Assembly: GCF_001194135.2 (NCBI RefSeq)
Contig: NC_068991.1
Span: 78,156,908 to 78,203,722, forward strand
Source: Octopus bimaculoides
Lineage: Eukaryota
Reading direction: 5' to 3'
Length of the DNA: 46,815 bases
Shown here: piece by piece, positions 10,736-22,814 of the stretch
Layout of the letters: each line of letters begins with the position of its first letter
How positions within the stretch are numbered: position 1 is the first letter of the stretch
Translations under genes and position numbers: made by a program
The notes under the pieces: model-generated
Seen by the model: only the letters and a program-made list of their open reading frames with translations
Told to the model about the DNA's origin: nothing
Database searches by the model: none

Positions 10736-11439
10736 AATACATATTTATATATTAAAAGGACTTCTGAGCAGAAATTTTCTCGAGAGAAGATATTTTCTTT
10801 ATAGATAATGTGTTAAGAATGCACTACTGGGCCATTAATGATGTCATCCGACCGTTGGACACGCGTTTCTGCATCGTTTCGTTTCATCAGCGACAGATCC
10901 TGAGCTGTCGTTCATGGCCGCCAGTAACCCATTTCTTTTTCTTGTATTTGAATAGCAAACGCCACATTTGCTGATGGCCGCAAAAGTTTGTCAAGCTAGA
11001 ATTAGAAACTTTCCTCAGTATATTGTCTTTCTTTATCCGAATGTGCACGAATATGTTAAATATGATTGTACGCACCTATATTTCATTCAACGTTCTTTAG
11101 TGCTGGCAAATAAATATTTACACACACACACACACATTCACACATAATAGGAAAGAAGTTAAAATTACAAGTTGCTTAAAAGAAAGGAAACTAAATCCGT
11201 GAAAATGCACAATGCCATTAAAACAGTTCTTGCAATCATTTTAGAAAAATTTCAAAGATAAAAACAAGTGAAATAGTTCATTTCGATATCTTAAATCTTT
11301 ATAACTTTACTTTTAGTTTATCTAAATAAGATGTTTTGCTTGTTTCTTGTTGTTGCTTTTTTTTATTTCCTTCCGTTTAATTTCACTAATACGATTATAA
11401 CAATAGTTTTAATGTTATTGTGCATTTCACCTATATGAT

Positions 11440-11625
11440 GCAAATAATATAACATGAAGGCTAGGTGAGAAAAAACACACCAAACAAACGGAGTGGATTA
11501 GATTTACGGTCAGGAAATGGGAAAAACAAAAACGGAAAAATCTGCGTTTCGAGTACACAGTCTTCATTGAAAGAGAGGAAAAACAAGGACAGAAAAAGAC
11601 GAAGAAAGAAAATGGAGAAAAGCAA
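11440..11625 (-). mobile_element. Penelope-like element end with a degenerate hammerhead-like core (11538-11573)
   Basis: Minus strand reads tttCAATGA-a-GACT gtgt ACTC-GAAAC-GC, then a T-rich tail like the other copies. A TA/TATG repeat lies next to it. Confidence 0.5.
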
Positions 11626-11756
11626 CGCATACACACATATACATATATACATATATACATACATGTATGCATGTGTATGTATGTATTTATATGTTTTATC
11701 TTTGAGTTTAATTTATTTAACAGTTATATAAATATATCTGTGTGTGTGTGTGTGTT

Positions 11757-11792
<36 letters not shown>

Positions 11793-11805
11793 NNNNNNNN
11801 NNNNN

Positions 11806-12090
11806 TCCCGATCACCGTTCGTTATCTCCCCCTTTCTTAGCTCTCCTGAAATAAGAATTTCTAACTTCCGGTCAGTCATTGTTATGATCGGCCATTATTA
11901 TGATTGACCGTTGACTGAACACTATTCAATTTTTTTTCTCCGTGTTTTTCTCCTTGTCTCCGTATTCTTTCTGTTGAAGAGCGTAGCTCGAAACGTCAAA
12001 GACTTTCCGTATTCCCGAGCGTCATACTAATATATACTTTTGTTATTTACACCACCTGTCCTCGTCTGTTGTTATTTTTTGTATATTCTC

Positions 12091-12092
<2 letters not shown>
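11806..12092 (+). mobile_element. Penelope-like element end, followed by (TA)n
   Basis: Shares TTCTGTTGAAGAGCGTAG(G)CTCGAAACGT.AAAGACTTTC..CCCGAGCG with 3361-3426 and with 42762-42960 (minus). Confidence 0.65.
11966..12002 (+). ncRNA. Minimal type-I hammerhead-ribozyme-like core
   Basis: tcttt-CTGTTGA-a-GAGC gta GCTC-GAAAC-GTC-aaaga: 5-bp stem I TCTTT/AAAGA, 4-bp stem II, and a GUC cleavage triplet. Confidence 0.5.
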
Positions 12093-12129
<37 letters not shown>

Positions 12130-12159
12130 GGTAAGTGGTAGGTTTGCCTCGATCATATA

Positions 12160-12292
12160 TATATAATTAATCCCAAAAAAAAATAAGAAAAGACCACAAC
12201 GCGAGGATGTGGTACATGCAAAGTATTAAACGACGCTGAAGGAAGGAAAGAAAGGGTGTTTTACGTTTCGGGCAAAACTCTTCTTCAGAATT
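12160..12292 (-). mobile_element. Penelope-like element end with a CUGAAGA hammerhead-like core (12257-12292)
   Basis: Minus strand reads CTGAAGA-a-GAGTTTTGCCC-GAAAC-GTA. The core is canonical but stem II has a mismatch. Confidence 0.55.
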
Positions 12293-12545
12293 GACCCCAA
12301 CACTGTGCCTTGTGGAACACCACTACTGACTTTGGCTGGGCTTCATTTTACTCTCACTACAACGTGTTGGGTTCCGCCTGTCGGGACATACTTGATCCAT
12401 TGTGGCAACTTTTCAGAAATACCAATATTGGATAGTTCTTGTCAAGAGAATCTTATGATCGATCCCGTCGAAGGCCTTGCTGAAATCAAGGTAGATGACA
12501 TCGGTGCCACACGTCAGATGCGGAAGTGATTGCTAAGCAACGTTA
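12293..12545 (-). mobile_element. CR1-type LINE reverse-transcriptase fragment
   Basis: Minus strand reads DVIYLDFSKAFDGIDHKILL (frameshift) LSNIGISEKLPQWIK..TQHVVV..SPAKVSSGVPQGTVLG, the hallmark CR1 RT motifs. Confidence 0.9.
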
Positions 12546-12574
12546 AATAGGGTGTTTTACTCATGAACACAACA

Positions 12575-12645
12575 CCCCACCCGATCTGGGAATGGAACCC
12601 AGAATCTTACGACCGTGAGTGTAACAACCTTACCACTAAGCGCGC
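12575..12645 (-). mobile_element. SINE family C head fragment
   Basis: GAACACAACACC..GGGAATGGAACCCAG..CGACCGTGAG..ACCACTAAGC resembles 26315-26400. Confidence 0.6.
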
Positions 12646-12999
12646 GCACACACACACACAAACACACACGCACACACATATACCTACATACATATATGTA
12701 TAGATGCGTATTGATGATCGTGTTACAGAAAGTTGTCTTCAATGTTGGTCGAGGACAATTGTAAAAGATTAGACTGCGAAGAAGAAAGCATAAACACATT
12801 TTATCGGAAAATTTGAAAATATCAAAACAAGGTATAGAAAATTCTAGATATTTATTTATTCAGTTATTTATTTAATTTCGTCAGCAATTATCTAAATTAG
12901 ATTTTCTTCACATGAAGAAAACGTGTGCCAATCGGCCTTTTCATCTCAACTTTTATCTCTTCGATATTTCCAACATACATACATACATGCATACACAGA

Positions 13000-13008
13000 C
13001 AGATAGAC

Positions 13009-13080
<72 letters not shown>
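13000..13080. repeat. (GATA)n microsatellite, representative (also 19445-19530, 38613-38670, 45940-46170)
   Basis: Perfect tetranucleotide runs. Confidence 0.97.
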
Positions 13081-13083
<3 letters not shown>

Positions 13084-14000
13084 TTGTGTGTGTGTNNNNN
13101 NNNNNNNNNNNNNNNNNNNNNNNNNNNNNNNNNNNNNNNNNNNNNNNNNNNNNNNNNNNNNNNNNNNNNNNNNNNNNNNNNNNNNNNNNNNNNNNNNNNN
13201 NNNNNNNNNNNNNNNNNNNNNNNNNNNNNNNNNNNNNNNNNNNNNNNNNNNNNNNNNNNNNNNNNNNNNNNNNNNNNNNNNNNNNNNNNNNNNNNNNNNN
13301 NNNNNNNNNNNNNNNNNNNNNNNNNNNNNNNNNNNNNNNNNNNNNNNNNNNNNNNNNNNNNNNNNNNNNNNNNNNNNNNNNNNNNNNNNNNNNNNNNNNN
13401 NNNNNNNNNNNNNNNNNNNNNNNNNNNNNNNNNNNNNNNNNNNNNNNNNNNNNNNNNNNNNNNNNNNNNNNNNNNNNNNNNNNNNNNNNNNNNNNNNNNN
13501 NNNNNNNNNNNNNNNNNNNNNNNNNNNNNNNNNNNNNNNNNNNNNNNNNNNNNNNNNNNNNNNNNNNNNNNNNNNNNNNNNNNNNNNNNNNNNNNNNNNN
13601 NNNNNNNNNNNNNNNNNNNNNNNNNNNNNNNNNNNNNNNNNNNNNNNNNNNNNNNNNNNTATATACCTATCTGCCTATCTCTCTCTTTCTCTCTTACTCC
13701 CCCTCTCTATCCATCCATCCATCCATCTATCTATTTATCTATCTGTCTACCTGTCTATCTCGCTATACCTCTCCCCCTTTCTCTCAGCTTCCTTTATCTC
13801 TCTATCTCTCTCTATCTATCTATCTATCTATGCATCAATCTATGTATTTCATGGAAATTTGGACTGTTCTCTTTAAGTCATTTATTAACCAAGTAATAGA
13901 TTTCCAATTAACTTCCAATCGTGAATAATGTATTATTTGATAAATACTGCATACATAAACATGTGCTCACGCACATACACAGACGCACATATCCTTATAT

Positions 14001-14118
<118 letters not shown>

Positions 14119-14784
14119 ACGCGTATATAGGAAGACAGACAGACAGACGGAAGGACGGACAGATAGACAGATAGACAGGTAAGTAGGCAGGCAGGCAGGC
14201 AGGCAGGCAAGCCCAGACAGATAATATTTTTCTTTTTATCTACCCGCGGAATAAATTTAATCGATAAACTCAGGATTATTCACTTTGCATAAACATTAAG
14301 AAATGATAATATAACTATACAACAAAATTATAAATGAAAAATAAAATGAAGCGCTAAAACACATAAAATAACCAAACACTTCCAAAACAAAAACAAGAAA
14401 AATAGAATAAATAAAATAAACCAATAAAAATATAGCATAAAATAACAAAAGATTTCTAAAACAAAAAGAATAAAAATATGCACAAAACAATTATCTGCTC
14501 TTGTGTGTGTGAAAATTAACTTAAGTACATAATGTGTTGCCAATGTAACATGTCTCCTTCTTATTTATTGACTTGCAGACTGCGTTTTGTTTTTGTTCGT
14601 TTTTTTATACTTTTCTTTCTCTTCTTATTTAATTTATTTTCATTATATGTTTTTTGTTTTGTTTTTGTGTGTATATGTGTGTTTTCTTTTTCTTTCCTTT
14701 TCAGGCAATCGACTACATACAATTTCAGATAACAGTAACAATATTAATGTTAATTTCATCTCCCTCCTTATCATCTGCGTTCGT

Positions 14785-15745
14785 TACTATAGTCCAGTTG
14801 GGAGAGCTATTCAACTGAGATATTACAGCTATCTCAATTGGGCGAGTTATTCCGTTCAGACAGACATGGTAGCATCTCTGTTCAATTTTAGACTTAAAAT
14901 CCAGATAAGCAGAACGCAGAAACATAGAAACAAGCTTAGTTGATCATCCGTACAGTACAGACATCGCAGCAGGCTCAGTTGGTGAGCTGTGCAGTGGTGA
15001 CGTCACAGAAAGCCAAATCGGTGTGCTGCACAGTTTGAGACTTAGGAGTAAGGTAGGTAGCTAAGTTGTTCAGTTGTTCAGACATAACAACAAACTTATT
15101 TGGTGAGCCACTCAGTTGATACGTAACAAATCTGTTGGTGAACTGTATACTAAAGACAAAAGGAAGCTTAGAGCATTGTTCAGTTGCTACACAACAGCTA
15201 TTTCAGTTTTGAGCTGTGAAGTTGAACCATAACAACTATTTCTGTTGAAGTGTTCTTCATTTCAGACAACCGTCTCAATTGATAAGCTTTTTTAATTCGG
15301 ACGTAACATCAAACTCGTTCAAAAGAGGAGCCAAAGAGGGAATCTCGGTGTAGCCAATTTTCTTACAAGAAAAAACAGCTAAATCTCCCTCATGAGCTGT
15401 TCAGTAGAGATATAGCAGGAAGCTCAGTCGGTAATCTGTCCATCTGAACAATAACAGCTAACTCAGTCAGTGAGGTGTTCAGTTGAGCCATAGCAGCTAA
15501 GTCGGTTTTGGTGCTGAATTTTTCAACTTAGTCATAGCATCCAGCTCAGTTAGTGAGCTATTTAATTCAGACATAACAGTTAATTCAGTCGATGAGCTGT
15601 TCAATCGAGTCACAGCAACTAACTCTGTTTAGTGAGTTGTTCAATTCAGACATGATACCTTATCATTTGAAAATTTGCTCAGTTGAGACATGACATCCAG
15701 TTGAATTGGTTGCCAGTTCATTTGAGACACGGCACCTACTGTCGT
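14785..15745 (-). repeat. Degenerate 39-bp tandem array, about 25 units (consensus codes MSQLNSSPTELAV)
   Basis: Example units: ATGTCTGAATTAAATAGCTCACTAACTGAGCTGGATGCT and ATGGCTCAACTGAACACCTCACTGACTGAGTTAGCTGTT. Interrupted by indels and stops. Confidence 0.85.
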
Positions 15746-15959
15746 TTGAAAAACAATACTCTTATGACACAGCAAACTGGCTTAATTTACTGATATGGAA
15801 ATTTTGATAAAATCTTGATTCCCACCTCACGATTTCATTAATCGTAGATTATAAAACAAAGGTATCTAGGCGAGATAAGAAACTTTAAGTAACGTTATAC
15901 AAGGAGGGAGTCTCTATGTGGAGGAGTACAGCTTCGTGCTGTATCCCTACGTAGGAGCT

Positions 15960-16170
15960 CAAGCTGCTAGAAGAAGCAGTCAGACTACCTTCAATGACAC
16001 ACTGCCTACCAACTTAGAAAAAGGATGCACTAAGCAATGTCATCACAGATATTTAACTAAATAATCCTCGGGTAAATAATGACTCAGCATTCCTGAGATC
16101 AAAGACAACGGAGTACTTTTGCTCATGAAAATACTCACCTCGTATTGACCATGGGCTAAACAACAACAAT
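15960..16170 (+). mobile_element. Degraded interspersed-repeat 3' end terminating in GGGCTAAACAACAACAA
   Basis: The (CAA)n-type tail is typical of retroposon 3' ends. Family assignment is from recollection only. Confidence 0.4.
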
Positions 16171-16959
16171 CAAACGAGATTTTACTTTATCTCTATACAG
16201 AGCAGAAACTGAAAGAAGTATTTTTAAAAAAAGAGTGTTTTTAAAGAAAACCGTATTTAGTGGATCAGAAGATCGATTGTTACAAGATTTGAGGTACAGG
16301 TTGTTATCTGATAACCTCATTGAAGAACATTTGGAAGAATTAAAAAAACAAAACTAATCCTTCAATTCGAATAATTTCATTTTCTTTGGCATTTCTCAGA
16401 AATTTCGTCTATTCATTTATTGATTTACTTTTTTTATCTTTGGCATGTTTTTTTTTTCTTTTTTTCTTTTTTTTTTCCAACAATGAAACTTGTGTATTTT
16501 TAATTAATTCTGTGCTCCATTTTGTTAAGTGACAAAGATTAAATGACAGCAGGAATCAAAATTGATTTTTTTTCTTTACAATAATGTCCTAGACACACAC
16601 ACACACACACACACACAAAATACAGAGGTATTTTTTAAATGCATCGTGAGAAGATTAAATTCTTCCCACCCCGCCATTTTCTTTTTTTTTTTTCTATAAT
16701 GAAGACATTTTGATCGTTGCATTCCAAACATGTCTCGCTTCAGATCTCGCGCTGTGCGAGCTCACAAGTAAAGCGTCTCGCTATCACCATTCAGTTTCCT
16801 GGCGTGAATATTTTGGCATCTCTTCTCTCCTAATATGTCTTCATTACAAGACACAATTAAGACCACGTGACACAAACACCTTGTTCTCAAAGTAAATTAT
16901 TACAAAGAAATTTGACCGAGTTTCGCCGTGTAATCAGCAGCTTTATTTTTATTGTTTTC

Positions 16960-17030
16960 ATTCATCTTTTACTTGTTTCCGTCATTAAACTGCTACCATG
17001 CTGGAGCATTGCTATGAAGAGTATAGTAGA
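16960..17030 (-). mobile_element. SINE family B 3' end fragment
   Basis: TTTTACTTGTTTCCGTCATT..CCATGCTGGAGCA matches 5428-5470 and 33000-33040. Confidence 0.6.
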
Positions 17031-17266
17031 AGTCAACGTCAGTATTATTATTTTTTTAAGTCAGATATTTATTCTCACGGTCTTTATTTGCTGAATGACA
17101 AAGTTACAGAAACATAAACAAACCAACACCAGTTGTCCAACAGTGAGAAACAAAGCAAACACAAACATACATACATACATACTCACAGAGACACATACAC
17201 ACATACATACATACATACATACATACATACATACATACATACATACATACATACTTACATACATAC

Positions 17267-17308
17267 CAGGTACGTGCCGCCTCGGTTGGCAAGATAGGCA
17301 GTGTCTAC
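17267..17308 (-). CDS. Candidate internal exon E6 (42 nt)
   Basis: Acceptor atctattttattcaAG and donor CTG|GTATGT. GC-rich island in AT-rich flanks; phase 0->0 reads VDTAYLANRGGTYL. Confidence 0.6.
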
Positions 17309-17639
17309 CTTGAATAAAATAGATTGATAGCAATATTTTCCTTTTATGGCAAAATATGCACGTAATTCAATAAAATTATGAAATGGTGATCTGATTACAA
17401 TATATAAATGCAAAATGTCTTATTTTATTTGTAGATTAGGTCGGCATAATTCACCCCTGCCTTTCAATCTCACTATTTAAGCTATGCATAGAACTGCTGT
17501 AGCACACGTGCTGCGTACATTCCTACAACACCGTTTTCTTTACGTGCTATAAAGACAGAAACAGATCTGCCTTCAACTCAGTCGCACGTCCGTGTAACGC
17601 TTATTTTTTGTGTGTTTTACTACATAAAGGTCGCCAACT

Positions 17640-18200
17640 GCCTGCCCTGAGTAATTACTGACGGCACGAGCCTGCTGTAAGGATTCACTTCCACACACGC
17701 CAGATTAATTTAATTCGTCCTTAGTCGAAAGACACTTGTTGTTAATGTCCTGTTGTTTGCATTTGTATTTGTGTACCATTTCTCCGTTTTCTTCCGTCCT
17801 TGTTTTCGTATACATTCGCTGCTTTCTTCCAAGGAATCTAGTGCTCTTAGCTTAGATTTTCCTTAGGGCTGGCCATACTGGAGCAGTCTCGAGTATAACC
17901 AGCTGAAACTGCAAAGATAATCTGGAACTCGACTGACGAAAGAAAACTCCGAATGTTCCGTTTTTTTTTCTTGTCCCTTTTTGTATCATCCAACTGTCTG
18001 GATGTTTTGTTGTCGCCTGTCGCATTCTTGTCCCATTTTTTTGTATTCTTATATGTATGCTGGGTGATTCAAAAGTCGCCATACATAAGAACAATTTATT
18101 TTTTATAAGAGACAATTTTTTTTCAGTATTCTTTTTTAGGTCACCCTTGTTGAGCTACCTCCATGCTGCTTCCTGGTCTTTTAATTTGTTGGTTTCACGA
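17640..18200 (+). mobile_element. Probable Penelope-like fragment of a second family, with a degenerate hammerhead-like core at 17924-17960
   Basis: ggaac..CTGACGA-aagaaaactcc-GAA-t-gttcc (GGAAC/GTTCC flanking stem), followed by a T-rich region as in the other PLE-like ends. Confidence 0.35.
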
Positions 18201-18240
18201 TAGAATTGACCATGTAATTATTTTTTTATTATTATTAAGT

Positions 18241-18451
18241 CGGTGAGCTGGCAGAATCGTTCGTACGCTGGGCGAAATGCTCAACGGTATTTCGTCCGTC
18301 TTTACGTTCTGAGTTCAAATTCCACCGAGGTCGACTTTACCTTTCATCCTTTTGGGGTCAATAAAATAAGTACCAGTTGAACACTGGGGTCGATGTAATC
18401 GACTCATCCCTTTCCCAAAATCGCAGTCCTTGTGGCAAAATTTGAAACCAA

Positions 18452-18496
<45 letters not shown>

Positions 18497-18497
18497 C
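18241..18497 (+). mobile_element. tRNA-derived SINE family A, full length, with (ATT)n tail
   Basis: GGTGAGCTGGCAGAATCGTT (A-box-like), GAGTTCAAATTCC (B box), ~200-nt body, and (ATT)n at 18452-18497. Confidence 0.9.
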
Positions 18498-18509
18498 GTT
18501 ATCACACTA

Positions 18510-18710
18510 GGCACAATGCCGCTAAGTATTTTGCTCGTCTTTATGTTCAAATTCCGCCGAGTTCCATTTTGCCTTTTATCCTTTCGGGGTCGATAAAATA
18601 AGTACCAGTTGAACACTGGGATCGATGTAATCGACTTTTACCCCCTCCCCTTGTATTTGCTGGCCTTGTACCAAAATTTGAAGCCATCATCATCCTCATC
18701 ATCATCATTA
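18510..18710 (+). mobile_element. Second, 5'-truncated SINE family A copy in tandem, with (ATC)n tail
   Basis: Repeats the body of 18280-18450 and ends ATCATCATCCTCATCATCATC. Confidence 0.85.
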
Positions 18711-19137
18711 GTTAGATTCAGTATTTAAAAATGTAACTATTTTCATATATTTTATCTTATAATTATATTCGTATTGAAATTTGTGAAGAATTTCATATTT
18801 GATTACATGTTTCTAAATGGGCCAATAACTGCAATTCCACCATACGAAACGTATGATGAGTGCTCTTGGGAGAATTGTTGAAATGTATATACTTATAGGA
18901 ATATCCGAAAGAGACACTTGTGAGAACTTCTTAAGTGTGTACTTGTACCGCAATGGCCGAGATGTACGCTTCTAGGGAGTTATTGAAGTATGCTAAGCTG
19001 TTTTTATTATAATTCCTAATCCGAATAATATTTCTGTATTTGTGCAATTTTCATGTCTCTGATACTTAACTTTAGTCTTACAGAATCAATCGCTAAGTAA
19101 ACACACACATGCGAGCACGAAATCTCTACGCACACAC

Positions 19138-19236
<99 letters not shown>

Positions 19237-19443
19237 TATACACGTATGCATATCGCACCATCGGCCATTTTTCGTTTCCTTGTATCCGTTCTTTTCCTCC
19301 CTTCTCATTCGTTATCCTGGTATTTGTATAAATGCATGTATGAAGGTAAAGGGGTGTGTATGTATGCGGCAGAAAGAGAGACACACAGACAGGCAGACAG
19401 ACAGACAGGCAGGCAGGCAGACAGACGGCCAATCAGATAGAGT

Positions 19444-19515
<72 letters not shown>

Positions 19516-19942
19516 CATAGATAGATAGATAGATGTTGATCAATACCTGCATATATTAAATGATTAATAGAGATTGACATACATTGACCCCCATCTTAAT
19601 GAAAAAGAAAGTATCGATTATTAGATATTTATAGACAGCAATCGCCAGACATATCCCAGATTGGTCACTTATGACGTCCATACATTCAGAAATGGCCACC
19701 TTCAAATAGTTAACAAGACAGACATACGGATGACGATATATTGGTCACGTGTGCGTAGTATCATTTGGAGTGCAGTATGTATGAAGTCGTAATGAAGAAA
19801 GAGCGACTGATGTTGTGGTGGATAGATTATTGAATTCAGAACGTGCAGTCGCTATACAAACTGAATGTATATGCATAAGCATATACAACAATATACACAC
19901 ACACACACACACATAATTACACATTCACTTACATGTATGAAT

Positions 19943-20003
<61 letters not shown>

Positions 20004-20281
20004 GTATGTATGTATGTATGTAATTATCGTTAGACGAGGAAATTGACAATAGCTATTTACGTGCGAATTATACAGGAAATATATATGATCATGAATAAAT
20101 TGTATACACAAAGGCATATATGCACACATGATACATAATGAATATATATGCATACACTTATATGTGGATGAACGTGTCTCTGTTGTATAAGCACCTGTTT
20201 ATACAATATATGCTTACGTGTGTGTCTGTATTTATTCAAGATTATGAATAAATGATATATATTTGGGCGCATATATATATG

Positions 20282-20335
<54 letters not shown>

Positions 20336-20565
20336 TAAATACATATGCGTATAATATGCGAAGACAGAAAAAAAATTTGCAATATTGTTTACGCGACTTG
20401 AACTCTGCGTCTGATATGAATTGTAGAGCTATGTTAACCACTCCACCAATGCAACATAGCAACCATGTGACCACTCAAATTAGCAAAGTTAAATTAGCAG
20501 CTACAATGATACTACTGAAAATTCAGCATGGATCGCGGCCTACTTGGTATCACACTGCATGTATG

Positions 20566-20667
<102 letters not shown>

Positions 20668-20900
20668 TGTGCGTGTGTATGTATGTATGTACGGATATAG
20701 TAATAATAATAATCCAGAAAGGAGAAAGCTAACTCGAAGACTACAAATCCAATCCATCACCGGAACTGTAAAAATCTGTAAAACTTTCCAGAAGTTTATC
20801 ATTTAAATATATATAAGCATGTCTAGACATGCAACTAAATGCATGAGAATACATACATAAAGCAAAACATACAAATCTGCACATATACATACATACATAC

Positions 20901-21014
20901 AAAAATACCCTGTTGTTGATGTTAGAATTCCAATGAAGGAGCCTCGGATCTAGGTTAGAAACCGGCTCTTTCTCTGTTGCCAAGAAATCTTGAAATTAAA
21001 CTGAATAATGACAT
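20901..21014 (+). mobile_element. ~115-bp element embedded in (CATA)n, copy 2
   Basis: Matches 3558-3668 (reverse complement) and 36867-36979; CATA repeats on both flanks. Confidence 0.85.
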
Positions 21015-21326
21015 ACATACATACATACGTACATACACGCTTATATAAGTAGAAAGAGATACAAAGAAATTAGCTCAGCCCCTGTGCAAGAATGACATGC
21101 AAGTACATATACATACATATACATATATACATACATATATACAGTGCATGGTTATATCAGACTGGCGATGTGGAGAAAATATACAAGGCAATGAGACTTT
21201 CAGTGTTAAAAATTGCATTGGAGGTTTAATTTGGGGTGGAGTCGAAAACTGAAGATAGAAACAAAATTCTATTAATCAATGTTTCATTCTCTTACCTCTT
21301 GTCTGGTTTTGTTCTTGGATTTTTGG

Positions 21327-21395
<69 letters not shown>

Positions 21396-22276
21396 TTTGT
21401 CAACTGAAAACTAAGTTCTTCATTCTTGGCATATTTCGTAAGGTTTCTTTTTTAAAAGAAGACATAAACCATCATAACTCTTATTGACATTTAAATACGT
21501 TGCTGCATGTTTTAATTCTTATATCAATTCTTTTTCAAGTTGGTAGAACACTATTTCTTATCATGTATTATTAACTCTTTGTCATACATTTTGACATTAT
21601 ACATACATACATACATATGTGTGTGCGCGTGTGCGCATATATGTGTATATATGTGTATGTATGTATGTATGTATGTATGTATGTATGTATGTATGTATGT
21701 GTACATATGTGAATATATGGCTGCCGTCAGTAAATGAAGAATTCATGTACAGAAAAATTGTCGTAGGCGCAACATCATGTCTGTAGTCTAATGTCAGTCA
21801 AAGAACAGAAGGACTTTCAGGTTCTTTCAACCGAATCTACTCATAAGGTTGTGATCATCCCGGTATTGTAGTTGAAAACACAGGTAAGGAAACAAGGATT
21901 TCCGAATGAATGCTTTTGCTTTTGAAGCTATAAAATGCTGCACAAGCACTCAGTTCTGAGTTCAGCTTCTTACAGCAGAAACAGCTATAAGCTAATGAAG
22001 ATGATTCCATAATTTTTGTTTCCTTGCCAGTCAATATTTATGTTACACCTGTACTCGTCTAACTCAGAATGTATATTGAGTTCTAAGAACTGGTTAGGTA
22101 GTTAGAAGCTGCACCGTCGAAGAGAAAGTAAGCTAGGCAGTTAACACTATTTATATACATATATACATACATATATATACATATATATGTATGTATATAT
22201 ATATACATATATACATACATATATATAGACATACATATATATACATAATTATGTGTATACATACATATATATATAC

Positions 22277-22313
<37 letters not shown>

Positions 22314-22771
22314 NNNNNNNNNNNNNNNNNNNNNNNNNNNNNNNNNNNNNNNNNNNNNNNNNNNNNNNNNNNNNNNNNNNNNNNNNNNNNNNNNNNNNNN
22401 NNNNNNNNNNNNNNNNNNNNNNNNNNNNNNNNNNNNNNNNNNNNNNNNNNNNNNNNNNNNNNNNNNNNNNNNNNNNNNNNNNNNNNNNNNNNNNNNNNNN
22501 NNNNNNNNNNNNNNNNNNNNNNNNNNNNNNNNNNNNNNNNNNNNNNNNNNNNNNNNNNNNNNNNNNNNNNNNNNNNNNNNNNNNNNNNNNNNNNNNNNNN
22601 NNNNNNNNNNNNNNNNNNNNNNNNNNNNNNNNNNNNNNNNNNNNNNNNNNNNNNNNNNNNNNNNNNNNNNNNNNNNNNNNNNNNNNNNNNNNNNNNNNNN
22701 NNNNNNNNNNNNNNNNNNNNNNNNNNNNNNNNNNNNNNNNNNNNNNNNNNNNNNNNNNNNNNNNNNNNNNN

Positions 22772-22814
<43 letters not shown>

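Noticed and set aside
10845-11075. GC-richer unique segment with several short open frames
   Set aside because: No coherent acceptor/donor pair in phase with E6 and E7, and no recognisable motif.
14785-15745. CRISPR-like repeat-spacer interpretation of the 39-bp array (or of 4730-5390)
   Set aside because: The units are diverged and contiguous, without unique fixed-length spacers; the context is eukaryotic and there are no cas genes.
20734-20765. Minus-strand 32-nt exon candidate (PVMDWICSLR; tttttacAG..|GTTAGC)
   Set aside because: It needs a phase-1 donor, but E5 ends in phase 0. It is usable only by skipping E4 and E5, so it is left as an unsupported alternative.
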